Shown here piece by piece: positions 12,104 to 23,148 of a stretch of DNA of 42,138 bases. The stretch covers positions 29,058,326 to 29,100,463 of the forward strand of contig NC_068985.1 of assembly GCF_001194135.2 (NCBI RefSeq), written 5' to 3'. The position numbers and the translations under genes were made by a program. Under the pieces are notes generated by a model. The model was not told where the DNA came from and ran no database searches. It saw only the letters and a program-made list of their open reading frames with translations. Numbering within the stretch: position 1 is the stretch's first letter; every line of letters begins with the position of its first letter. The stretch comes from Octopus bimaculoides. Lineage: Eukaryota.

Positions 12104-12482
12104 CATCTTCGTAAGGGCACTTAAGTATTTCCTTCGCTGAAAGTTGAGACCAGAATTGATAGGGCCAGCGAACACAATCATGAATTGGTTTCAATGGCCG
12201 AGAATAAGGTGGTTGAACACGAATAGGATAAGACGCTTTGGCTTCAGCTAAATCATACATTAGAGATCTTTGGGGTATTAAGCGCCATTTCACTTCTTCT
12301 AACATCCATACCCGTAACTTGGCTGATCTTATCAATGCAGAATATTTGTTGAAATAATTTGGTTGGTAGACGATCGAATCTGGCAGAACGATGTCGTTCC
12401 TACGCGTCTTTAACTCGGAATCTCCTTCACATACCCAAATGGATTTAAATACATTCTTATGCGTACCACCTTCCATTCTGAT
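12104..12482 (-). CDS. SEL1L3: SEL1L3-like coding exon (379 nt)
   Basis: Covers most of ORF 12027-12476; VFKSIW...LPDSIVYQPNYF...PPYSRPLK...CVRW...KCPYED resembles recalled human VYKKRW...FPSIMVYRDDYF...PPFERPFK...CLEW...QCPLEN; tttttcag acceptor, GTAAGT donor. Confidence 0.92.
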
Positions 12483-12735
12483 CTGAAAAACTTGGAAATA
12501 TCAATTTTCAAAGAACAACAACAAGTGATATTTGAATAAAAATATAATCATCGATTAGTTTTTTAAAATAATTTAAACAATAAACTTCAAATATATTTCA
12601 AACGTAACATCACGTGTTTGATTCCTGTTTATTTCACATGATCTCTATAAAATATGCACAGGTCATGGTTATTGTTCTACTTAGCATTCTAACACCGGAT
12701 TTAGAGTGTTTCTCGGTTGTGTGATATATGAAATG

Positions 12736-13112
12736 GAGGCGCAATGGCCCAGTGGTTAGGGCAGCGGACTCGCGGTCGTAGGATAGTGGTTTCGATTCCC
12801 AGACCGGGCGCTGTGCGTGTTTATTGAGCGAAAACACCTAAAGTTCCACATGGTTCCGGCAGGGGATGGTGGCGAACCCTGCTGTACTCTTTCACCACAG
12901 CTTTCTCTCGCTCTTTCCTCCTGTTTCTATTGTACCTGTACTTTAAAGGGCCAGCCTTGTCACTCTGTGTCACGCCGAATCTCCCCGAGAACTACGTTAA
13001 GGGTACACGTGTCTGTGGAGTGCTCAGCCACTTGCACGTTAATTTCACGAGCAGGCTGTTCCGTTAATCGGATCAACTGGAACCCTCGTCGTCGTAAGCG
13101 ACTGAGTGCCAA
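12736..13112 (+). mobile_element. Young tRNA-derived SINE family D
   Basis: A-box TGGCCCAGTGG, B-box-like GTTTCGATTCC; CpG-rich; possible degenerate TSD GATATAT; related head at about 27255-27514 (-). Confidence 0.8.
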
Positions 13113-13738
13113 CTAAAGATATATCAAAACTATGTTATCTCTAGTTTAGAAAATATAAGCAGGGTTTTTTTTTTCCTTCTTTTCAAACATAAAGTTTATT
13201 TAAGATTTGCCAAAGACAATAATTTCTGTTTTGGTACTAATGTTCCTTTCTTTCTTTGCATTAGATGCATTTTGATCAGCAGTGAGCAGCTCTGTGTCTG
13301 GCACCCACTGATGAAGCTGTATGCTTGAGATCAGAGATACGCAAACGGCAGCTATAACACTTTTTAGAGACCTTACGAAAAATAATTGAAGACTAGAGAT
13401 CAATAAAAGTTTTTGATGTGAGGACCCAAATTTAACTGCCTAACATATAATCACATTGTCGTAATTACCATATCCTTTCTAATCTTCTCTCTCTTACCTT
13501 CATAGAACTTACTTTACTTCTTGCGGTTCAAGATTATTGATCCTGCTAGAGAGAAGAAAGGCAAAATCAATTCCTGAGTATGAGACTTAGGTTAGAGATT
13601 AAGGAAAAGTAAATATTTTAAAGAGGTTGTTGTTCAATAATTCCCGTTATTTTGTGGGGTTGGAGTTCCTGTCAAAGTAAGTTATGCACGATTCGGGTTA
13701 TAAAACTAAAGATTAAAAGCTCACGGAATTTTACCCAC

Positions 13739-13903
13739 CTGTAGTTCCAGGCCAACGATACTTCTTTTCTTACACCTGTACTTTGTCACAAGACCCATAG
13801 TTTTAGTGAGAGTCTGGGGAACGTTCAGAAATTGTACGTAATCTTCGCTTTCGGAAATATCATTTAATACAACAGACATCTGTTCAGGGTTTAAACCCGT
13901 TAC
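13739..13903 (-). CDS. SEL1L3: SEL1L3-like coding exon (most 5' one identified)
   Basis: 165 nt open, VTGLNPEQMSVVLNDISESEDYVQFLNVPQTLTKTMGLVTKYRCKKRSIVGLELQ; resembles recalled human KDFIYF...VEYLCSQPCVVNLE; ttatttag acceptor, GTGGGT donor, phase 0/0. Confidence 0.82.
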
Positions 13904-14317
13904 CTAAATAATATTTTAAAAGAACAAAAAGCTTTAGATATATACTTACACTCATATGTTACTTATAAACTATTATCGTTGTCCAACAATTCGTTTAACA
14001 CAGCGTATAACATGCTTATGTATCTGATATCATCTATTGAGAATTATTCTAATAAACCATAGCAATTATATGCATAGAACACATTTCGTATGTATATGCA
14101 ACTTCCTATATAGAGAGACCGAAATAAAGCATACTTCCCAATATTAAAGCAGAAATATTATAGAAATTAAATGATATTCAAACGGCTTTTAAGCGGCACT
14201 AATATAACATAAACTGTTGTCTGAGTTTATTCGACTATAAACGTCTTCGAGGACCAAGTAAGCACTAGAATCACATCGTATGTGATTAGAACTCAAACAA
14301 ATGTTGACGCAGCTATT

Positions 14318-14325
14318 AGTAGTAT

Positions 14326-14383
<58 letters not shown>

Positions 14384-14387
14384 GGTG
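14318..14387. repeat. (TAG)n followed by (TGG)n microsatellite
   Basis: Direct reading. Confidence 0.9.
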
Positions 14388-14595
14388 TCTGAAAAAATGC
14401 ATACTCTCGAGTTTTTTTGGTGTATCAATTAATTTGATTTGATTTTGAAATTTTAGAATTGTAGAAAACTAATAGACTATCATTGAAGTGTCTCGCTCTA
14501 AAAGGTTCAGTTTACAAATACATTTCACATAGAGAGAGAGAAATCAATATAATCTACAAATGCGTTCAATAATCAAGCATTTTATTGTAAATATC

Positions 14596-14810
14596 GGTTT
14601 CAAATTTTGCCACAGGCCCAGCAATTTTGCGGGAGAGAGTTAAATTGATTACATCAGCCCTCAGTACTCAACTGGTATTTATTTGACCGACTCTGAAAGG
14701 AGGAAAAGTAACGTGAACCTGAGCAGAATTTGAATCCAGTACGTGAACACGGACGAAATGCCGTGAAACTTTTGCCCGTTGTGCTAACGATTTTGCCAGC
14801 TCGTCGCCTT
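14596..14810 (-). mobile_element. SINE family B
   Basis: Diverged full-length copy. Confidence 0.75.
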
Positions 14811-16624
14811 ATTTTACAGTAGATATTGACCTAATTTACGCACTAAGGAATACAAATGAACTCTTTGAGAAGCAACAAAGGAAGTGAACACGTCCCTGAA
14901 ATAATACCACTATGACAATTTTCCTAAAGTAGTAATAATTGAAGATGTGAATTCAGCTCAGTATTCCTAAACTAAAGAAAGCAAAGTGAATCAACATTCA
15001 GCTGACATCAACCCTGAACTAGAAAAAAAGAAAATTATTGCTTCTAATACAGGCACAGGGCTTAAAATTTGGGAGAGTGGGGCAGGTCGATTACAATACT
15101 TGACTGATACTTTATTCTATTGACATCGAAGAGATGAAAAGCAAATTTGACCACGATGGGATTTGAACTATTGAATGTAAAGAGCCTAAACAAATTCTGC
15201 CATGCATTTTTTTTCCCGACGCTCTAACGATTCCACCAACTCAACACCGTTGAAAAAAAAAAAAAAAAAAAAAAAAAAAANNNNNNNNNNNNNNNNNNNN
15301 NNNNNNNNNNNNNNNNNNNNNNNNNNNNNNNNNNNNNNNNNNNNNNNNNNNNNNNNNNNNNNNNNNNNNNNNNNNNNNNNNNNNNNNNNNNNNNNNNNNN
15401 NNNNNNNNNNNNNNNNNNNNNNNNNNNNNNNNNNNNNNNNNNNNNNNNNNNNNNNNNNNNNNNNNNNNNNNNNNNNNNNNNNNNNNNNNNNNNNNNNNNN
15501 NNNNNNNNNNNNNNNTATATATATATATATATATATTAGATAGCGTGTACTAATGCAGAGAAAGAAACTCAAAACAGAAAACTTTAAAATGAATTCGGTC
15601 TGACCAGTTGAATTTTTAAATTCTACATCTATATCGGGGAAAATAGTTGTAGGAAATCCATTTTCAATGAAATTTATTAAAAGATATGACTTACCAATGA
15701 ACAGATGACGGTTAAAAGTAACGACAAGAAAAGGATTCGGTTGTGATCGTCCATTTTGAATGAACGAATACGTCACCAATTTTCTTAGCTTACCTAACAT
15801 TGCAGCTGTTGCCATTGTTTTTATAATACCAACAAGCAAGACGGAAAAAACTCGTGGCGAAACATTCCATTGATTTCCCAATTGATTTATTTTGGGGAGG
15901 GCTTGACTTTGTAATATTTCTTTCTTTTATAATAGATTTCGTAACTCAAAGTTTTCTTGTCGCAGTTACTTGTTGAATCAAAACTGAGGACTGAAAATAC
16001 TACTCTTTTGGTATGATCTGCAATATTTCCTGTTTTTGGTTGATAATATTCGTACCAAAACTATATAGAGTCAATAATAGTTTTCGCTCTGTAAATGCAG
16101 ACGTTGACACATTTTGTTAGCGCAAATAATCTATAATAGATGTTTAAGTTTGAAAGTTATCTCGAAAACATCGATATAAATAGGAATTAAATTTTATGGC
16201 ATGCATAAAATTTTATAATTGGTGGCTTTGGAAATAAACAATTAGTTTGGTGAAAAGTAAAAATCGATCTTTGAGGGATTCGAAATCCAAATATAGACAG
16301 ATGAGAGTAAATACTATGTAGCACATGCACCATTCTACCATTTCTGAGAACACACTTTTATTTTAGAGTTGTCTCATTTGGAATAAATTTTATTCCAGAA
16401 AGCTTGATGTCGTAGCGAAGTGGAAAAATAGGAATCCAAAGTAATCATTTGTTTTCCAACGCCTTTAACTCACGAAGTTAAATTATTCTACACTACAATA
16501 TTTCTTGTCAAAATAATTAACAACTGCACAACTACCATACGTCTACAACTATGCAAGTTAATCGGTATAGAATCAGTAATGGCGTACAGTAATATAGTAA
16601 TTGTATTTTTCACTTGTTCCATTC

Positions 16625-16986
16625 ATTAGACCGTGACCATGTTGGGGCACCGCTTTGAAGACTTTTAGTCGAATATATTGACCCCAGTATTTATTTATTT
16701 TAGAGCCTGTTACTTTTCCTATCCCTTCTTTTTGCCAAACTACTAAGGTACGGAGACGTAAACACACCAGCACCGGTTATCAAACAGTGGTGGGGGGAAA
16801 AACACACACACACACATACACACAAATATATATTTACGACGGGCTTCTTTCGGTTTCCATCTACCAAATTCACTCACAAGGCCTTGGTCAGTCCGTAGTA
16901 GAGGACACTTGCCCAAGGTGTCACATTATGCAATTGAACCTGGAACCATATGATTTGGAAGTAAGCTTCTTGCCACACAGCCACTT
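16625..16986 (-). mobile_element. SINE family A
   Basis: Diverged reverse-complement copy. Confidence 0.75.
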
Positions 16987-16998
16987 TTGCGCCTAAGT

Positions 16999-17282
16999 CA
17001 TCATCATCATCGTTTAACGTCCGCTTTCCATGCTAGCATGGGTTGGACGGTTTGACTGAGGACTGGTGAAACCAGATGGCTACACCAGGCTCCAATCTGA
17101 TTTGGCAGAGTTTCTACAGCTGGATGCCCTTCCTAACGCCAGCCACTCCGAGAGTCTAGTAGGTGCTTTTACGTGTCACCCGCACGAAGGCCAGTCAGGC
17201 GGTACTGGCAACGGCCACGTTCAAAATGGTGTATTTTATGTGCCACTCGCACAAGAGCCAGTCCAGGGGCACTGGCAACGAT
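16999..17282 (-). mobile_element. Retroposon family C 3' portion with (ATG)n tail
   Basis: Reverse complement of ...GGAAGGGCATCCAGCTGTAGAAAC...GCATGGAAAGCGGACGTTAAACGATGATG; other copies at about 24585-24741 (+) and 35588-35880 (-). Confidence 0.75.
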
Positions 17283-17611
17283 GAGTGTAAAAAGAAACAA
17301 ATAAGCTTGCGATTATTCTAGTCCGAACACGAATTTGAGTAACTATGTTTTTTTAGAAAAGCTTCAATGTTACAAACTCTCATTTTCCCTCCTTTATCAA
17401 AATGAGTCCGATTCAAAAGAATGGGATGCCAGTTAATGTAATCGAATACCATTCTACCCGAATTTGAGGCCCTAAACCAATAGTAGAAATTAATATTACG
17501 TACTACCGTACCCGACAATAAAATTTATTATAGAGAATAGTATGTGACACACCGCCCAAAAAGAACCTTAATATTTTTTTATCTAGAGATTGCGTCAGTA
17601 TTATTTAATAG

Positions 17612-18072
17612 GAAAGCGGCGAGCTGGCAGAAACGTTAGCACGCCGGGCGAAATGCTTAGCGATATTTCGTCTGTCATTGCGTTCTGAGTTCAAATTCCG
17701 CCGAGGTCGACTTTGCCTTTCATCCTTTCGAGGTCGACTTTGCCTTTCATCCTTTCGAGGTCGATGAATTAAGTACCAGTTGCATACTGGATCGATCCAG
17801 TCGACTGACCCCCTCCCCAATAATTTCGGGCCTTGTGCCTAGAGTAAAAAAGAATATTATTTAATAGGAAGGCGGCGAGCTAGCACGCCGGACGAAATGC
17901 TTAGCGGTATTTCGTCTGACTTTACGTTCTGAGTTCAAATTCCACCGAGGTCGACTTTGCCTTTCATCCTTTTATTGTCGATAAATTAAATACCAGTTGC
18001 GTATTGGAGTCGATCTAGTCGATTGGTCCCCTCCCCAAAAATTTCGGGCTTTGTGTCTAGAGTAGAAAAGAA
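17612..18072 (+). mobile_element. Head-to-tail dimer of SINE family B
   Basis: Copies 17612-17854 and 17868-18072, separated and flanked by TATTATTTAATAG. Confidence 0.88.
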
Positions 18073-18999
18073 TATTATTTAATAGCAGAATATCACAAAT
18101 AGTTCCACGATTTGATTCTATATGCTATCCACCGAAAATGGGACACAACTGTATATAAACTATTAGTTATTTGTGCAGTCAAAAGTGACGAGTTATTTTG
18201 TTAGATCTTTTTATTTTATATATACTATTCTCGTCGAGTACTTTTTAAGGATAGTTACAGACCTGTGAGCCCATATCGAACGGCTGCTGTCACGTGTTGG
18301 ACGAGTCCGGTTGTCAACCGAGTCTATCGTAAATATTTCCCCGCCACCTTCCTTTAACCGGGAAGGCAAGGCAGTTTTCATCGTACTGGTGGCTATGGCG
18401 AAAGAATGTGTATAGTGGACTCGTTTGAAAGGCTTAGAGACAAATACAATACTTTTCTTTCAGGCCAACCTCTCATCAATCTTTTCAAGTATTACTTGAA
18501 AGGAAAGGTGAGAGTAGAGAGGGAAGTTTTGTCTAATGAAAAGTTTAATAAAAGATGGGTGAATGTAGCAAAGACGGACCCACTTTGAGCATGAACCTAT
18601 TAAACAAAAAGAGAAAGAGCGCTTTGCTATCATGTTTTTTTCCGAGGTGGTTACCGTGATTTTTTTTTTTTTTGTAGGTTTCTCTTTCTACGGATAACCC
18701 TAGTCAGTGTTATATTTTCTCCCCCTTTGGGGAATTTCTGTTGTTAAAACGTTACCTTGTTATTTCTTTGTGTACTGGTCCCAAAACATTTTTGATCCCT
18801 ATTGGTCGGTTTTGGAAAGAAAAATTCTACATTGTATTGTCCCCTCTGTTAAAAATATTTCAAGGGAGATAACTTTGTAATCGCATTCAAGTGTTCTCTA
18901 CCGTTAGTAGAGCGTAACAGAAAACAAATACGCATCGGTAATTACATTATAAAGATTGTCGACAATTTTCTACAAAGAATAGAGACTGTAGGGAAATGG

Positions 19000-19266
19000 G
19001 GTACTACTAAAGCAGCGCGGACCCGAACGCGCAGTCGCGCGTCCGCGCTAGCTAGTCGTGAGTGGTCGATCCTAACCCTAACCCTAACCCTAAACACGTA
19101 TTCATTTGCACACGCGGGTTAGGGATAGGGTTAGGGTTAGGGTTAGGGATAGGGTTAGGGTTAGGGACAGGGTTAGGGTTAGGGTTAGGGTTAGGATCGA
19201 CCACTCAAGACTAGCTAGCGCGGACGCGCGACTGCGCGTTCGGGTCCGCGCTGCTTTAGTAGTACC
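19000..19266. mobile_element. MITE with 94-bp TIRs containing telomeric repeats, 9-bp TSD (Merlin- or MULE-like)
   Basis: 19000-19093 is the reverse complement of 19173-19266 with one mismatch; GGGAAATGG duplicated at 18991-18999 and 19267-19275; ends GGTAC...GTACC; internal (CCCTAA)n and (TTAGGG)n. Confidence 0.92.
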
Positions 19267-19789
19267 GGGAAATGGAGGATTTCCTGTATGTTGAAACTGC
19301 GATTCAAATTAAGTACTTGAGTGCTACAACTTCACTTTAATTACTTGGCTAGGTATCAACTTAACATCATCACATTCTGTCACAGTAGTTTACCTAATCA
19401 ATTTCTGTGTTTTGTGGATTCTAATAGTAAAGGTAGCCTGAGGTTCATCCACTTGAAATCCTTTTCATTTCGCTTCCACAGATAATGTCCACGGAAATGA
19501 TGATTGTTGTAACTATCCAGTTGTTTTGTTTTGTTTTGTTTTTTAATTTAGGCCATTAGTATTTGGTAAAAACTAAGCGAATACTACATATTACATTCGT
19601 ATTTTTCCTTCCTGTTGTTGACAAGAAATATATAGGTAAGCTCAATAAGGTTCGATGGAACGAACTTGTAACGTAGAGATAACTAGTTAACATTTGCTTA
19701 TAGGTGCAAACATAAAAAAGGGTGCAGCGTGTCTGTACTAGCATTGGTTTAAAACATACATTTTAATTACAAAGTAAGCTCGAACGACA

Positions 19790-20400
19790 CTGTAAGTTTA
19801 CAGCTCTATTTAGTCAGTGATTTACCGAATAAACAGGCTCCCTCCCTACGTCCAATCAGGTTCTCTACACTACGTCCGATTGTCACTTATATAATGTGGC
19901 TGCGGCTATGTTTGACTGAGTTCCTTTCACTTCGTTGCTCTAAAGGACTTTATATTTATTCTCTTCACCCTTTTCCCCACACCAACGAAAATATAATGCA
20001 AAATCAATTCTTGTTAGGCATTTCGTTTGATGTTCTACTTTTCAAACCATTCCATCGGCTTCGGTAAAACAATTGTAAATAAATCAAGCATCGTCTGTTA
20101 TTTGGCCATTATTATATAAAGTATACTTCTAGATCGGAAGCACTGGACATAGTTCGGTGGAAAAGCTCTTGCTACCAAGCCATCTCTGACTTTGAGATAG
20201 CGAGGGGCCAACAACCTGGAGGAGGTAAAAAAAAAATAGCATAGATCCGGGTCCAATCTATCTCAAAATGACAGAGACCACTACTTAAACGTCTGTAACC
20301 GGATCTGAATATCCCAAATAGGTCTGAATTTTAATGTTAGACGATACAGCAAAACACCGGACTAAAAACACTGTTCTGTTACGTCCGGCTCAACCCTCGT
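19790..20400. promoter_or_regulatory. Candidate promoter region upstream of the SEL1L3-like gene
   Basis: Repeat-poor, CpG-retaining stretch with CCAATC (19852), duplicated CTACGTCC, TATATAA and ETS-like CGGAAG; motif evidence only. Confidence 0.3.
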
Positions 20401-21334
20401 TCATTGAAGCGACAAGAGAGTTCAATAATTTCCAGAACTCATTACAAGAAACCAAACTCTAAGCTGAATGTCTACGTTTTGTATTGTCTGCATGGATTCA
20501 CACTGACTATGTCTATATGCACAACACTCAACACTGCCAATATTTCCGTAATTAGGCATCGAAAACGTAAATCCACCAACGTAACAATTCTTTTTCTATC
20601 CCCCTCGCTTTCGGATGAAGGTCAAGATCTGGAAAGAGTATTCATTTCTCATAGCAACTACACTTACCGAGCTCTCCATTCTATAGCACCGAACTACGTA
20701 CTACAGAATATAATCACTAAATTTAGGTGGATAGTGATTGTTAATATCGGCAAACGTCAATGCAGTAAAAGCAGAGATATTCTGGCAGGAAAAAACGAAA
20801 CGATCGAGAGTTTCAGACATTGTCTTTCATTATTTCTTTGTTCGTTTGCTTTTATTACGAAGTTTTATCCCACTATGGCTAACAACCTTATAGATTAGTG
20901 CTGAGTGATATATAGAAATACTGTTATTATGAATTGTCATTGCTTGGATTTCCAAATCTTTTCATGCCTGAATTACAACCGTGATTGCTCATTCTATACA
21001 AGTTAACAGTGGTTTACTTTCAGAACTAGATGTTCCTGATCGCTGTCATTGGTAGGTTTTCAGCTTCCAGCATCTTGTGAGTTATACTGTTAACCATTAG
21101 TTAACTGAATCTTCCATCAACATTGCACATCTACCATACTGCTTCCCATTGCTTTTTATGATGAGTATAATTTTCTCTAACTCCAGACTTCAGACCTTCC
21201 CAGATTGGTTTAAACCCACCAAAGATAAAACTCCCACCAGTAAAAATCTTTAAATGAAAATAAATAATTGAAAAGCTCCAATAGAAGAAAACTTTGATGA
21301 AACCCTTCTTGGTTATATTTGTAGGTTAAATAGG

Positions 21335-22000
21335 TCAGCGAGCTGGCAGAATCATTAGCATGCCAGGTAAAAATGCTTAGCGCCATTTTGTCCGTCTTTA
21401 CGTTCAGGGTTCAAATGCCGCCGAGGTCGACTTTGCTTTTCATCTTTTCTGAGTCGATAAAAAAGGTACTAGTTGAGCACTGGGGTATATTTAATCGGCT
21501 TACCCCCTCCCCCGAAATTGCTGACCTTGCGTCAAAATTTGAAAACTATATTTGTAAGTTAAATGAAAATAATGGATGATGAAATTGTAGACATTTAAAA
21601 TTTTTAGTTTTGTTGATGATCTGAAACAGCAACATAATTATAAAAGTTCAGGCCTAGTTTCCAGATAACTCCATCATTCTCTTCCTGCTAATACTGGAGG
21701 CTCAGAGAAAAACAAGCGCTGTCCATAACCTATAGAAAAGCAATATAAAAAATATGGTTTCTTCTTTTAATTTTGACTCTCAGAAATAAATGGGGATGAT
21801 CTACCAGCTCGCCGGGCGAAATGCTTAGCGGTATTTCGTCTGCCGTTACGTTCTGAGTTCAAATTCCACCGAGGTTAACTTTGCCTTTCATCCTTTCGGG
21901 GTCAATAAATTAAGTACCAGTTACGCACTGGGGTCGATCTAATTGACTTAATCCCTTTGTCTGTTTCCTCAATGTTTAGCCCCTTGTGGGCAATAAATAA
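21335..22000 (+). mobile_element. Two separate SINE family B copies (about 21335-21545 and 21805-22000)
   Basis: Family B head and body motifs in each. Confidence 0.8.
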
Positions 22001-22009
22001 ATAACAAAC

Positions 22010-22215
22010 ATACACATACATGCAGACACACACACACACACATATATATATATTCAATGAGATTCTTTCAATTTCTGTCTACCAAGATCACTCTTAAAGC
22101 TTTAGTCGGCTCAAAGCTTTAGTGGAAGATACTTGCCGAAGATGCCATACAGTGGGACTGAACCTAAAACTATGTGGTTGAGAAGCAAACTTCTTAACTA
22201 CAAAGCCATATCTGC
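22010..22215 (-). mobile_element. SINE family A, 5' half
   Basis: Head and body up to the (TG)n tract. Confidence 0.7.
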
Positions 22216-22593
22216 ACCAATTAATCAATAAATAAAACATGATGGCCACAATTCTTCAGTCGGCTATTTTTGTTATAACTGTTTAAATCACTTTCACACA
22301 AACATTAAAAAAATAGAGAAAAATCATGTTTTGTTTTTGTCTTTTTCTTTCAATGGTTTCAGGGCAGTGAACCGAATCATCCTGGAACACTGCCTTTAAG
22401 GGTGAAGTCACAAATATCAACCCAAATTGCCCAACACTTATTTTATTGATCTCATAAAAAACAAAATAAAGGCAAGTTGACCATGCGTGAAATTGGACAT
22501 AACTGACAAAACTAAATACCACAAGGTATTTGCTACATTAATTTGGTTCATCCTGTGCCAATACAAGCATTTATATTCATGCATCCATATTAC

Positions 22594-23148
22594 NNNNNNN
22601 NNNNNNNNNNNNNNNNNNNNNNNNNNNNNNNNNNNNNNNNNNNNNNNNNNNNNNNNNNNNNNNNNNNNNNNNNNNNNNNNNNNNNNNNNNNNNNNNNNNN
22701 NNNNNNNNNNNNNNNNNNNNNNNNNNNNNNNNNNNNNNNNNNNNNNNNNNNNNNNNNNNNNNNNNNNNNNNNNNNNNNNNNNNNNNNNNNNNNNNNNNNN
22801 NNNNNNNNNNNNNNNNNNNNNNNNNNNNNNNNNNNNNNNNNNNNNNNNNNNNNNNNNNNNNNNNNNNNNNNNNNNNNNNNNNNNNNNNNNNNNNNNNNNN
22901 NNNNNNNNNNNNNNNNNNNNNNNNNNNNNNNNNNNNNNNNNNNNNNNNNNNNNNNNNNNNNNNNNNNNNNNNNNNNNNNNNNNNNNNNNNNNNNNNNNNN
23001 NNNNNNNNNNNNNNNNNNNNNNNNNNNNNNNNNNNNNNNNNNNNNNNNNNNNNNNNNNNNNNNNNNNNNNNNNNNNNNNNNNNNNNNNNNNNNNNNNNNN
23101 NNNNNNNNNNNNNNNNNNNNNNNNNNNNNNNNNNNNNNNNNNNNNNNN
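22594..23148. other. Assembly gap (largest of six)
   Basis: N-runs at 5161-5184, 7138-7187, 15281-15515, 22594-23148, 29573-29678, 40525-40655. Confidence 0.99.

Noticed and set aside
12736-12810. tRNA gene
   Set aside because: Continues into a SINE body, with imperfect cloverleaf and no terminator; it is a SINE head.
13200-13403. Signal-peptide-like minus ORF, and a SECIS-like ATGA/AGCTG stem on plus
   Set aside because: Lies in a SEL1L3-like intron without usable in-phase splice sites; the 3' GA of a SECIS quartet is absent.
13950-13955. ATG AGT|GTAAGT as SEL1L3-like start exon
   Set aside because: Implies a 46-nt intron and no signal peptide; cannot be excluded but is weak.
17704-17763. 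CRISPR-like direct repeats
   Set aside because: Spacer-less tandem duplication inside a eukaryotic SINE.
19116-19195. True telomere or chromosome fusion site
   Set aside because: Repeats are enclosed in TIRs with a TSD and point C-strand then G-strand, opposite to an end-to-end fusion.
19106-19294. ORF rich in VRVR
   Set aside because: Translation of (TTAGGG)n within the MITE.
20404-20898. 164-aa plus-strand ORF
   Set aside because: No recognisable domain, TTG start, no splice support; likely chance in promoter-like sequence.
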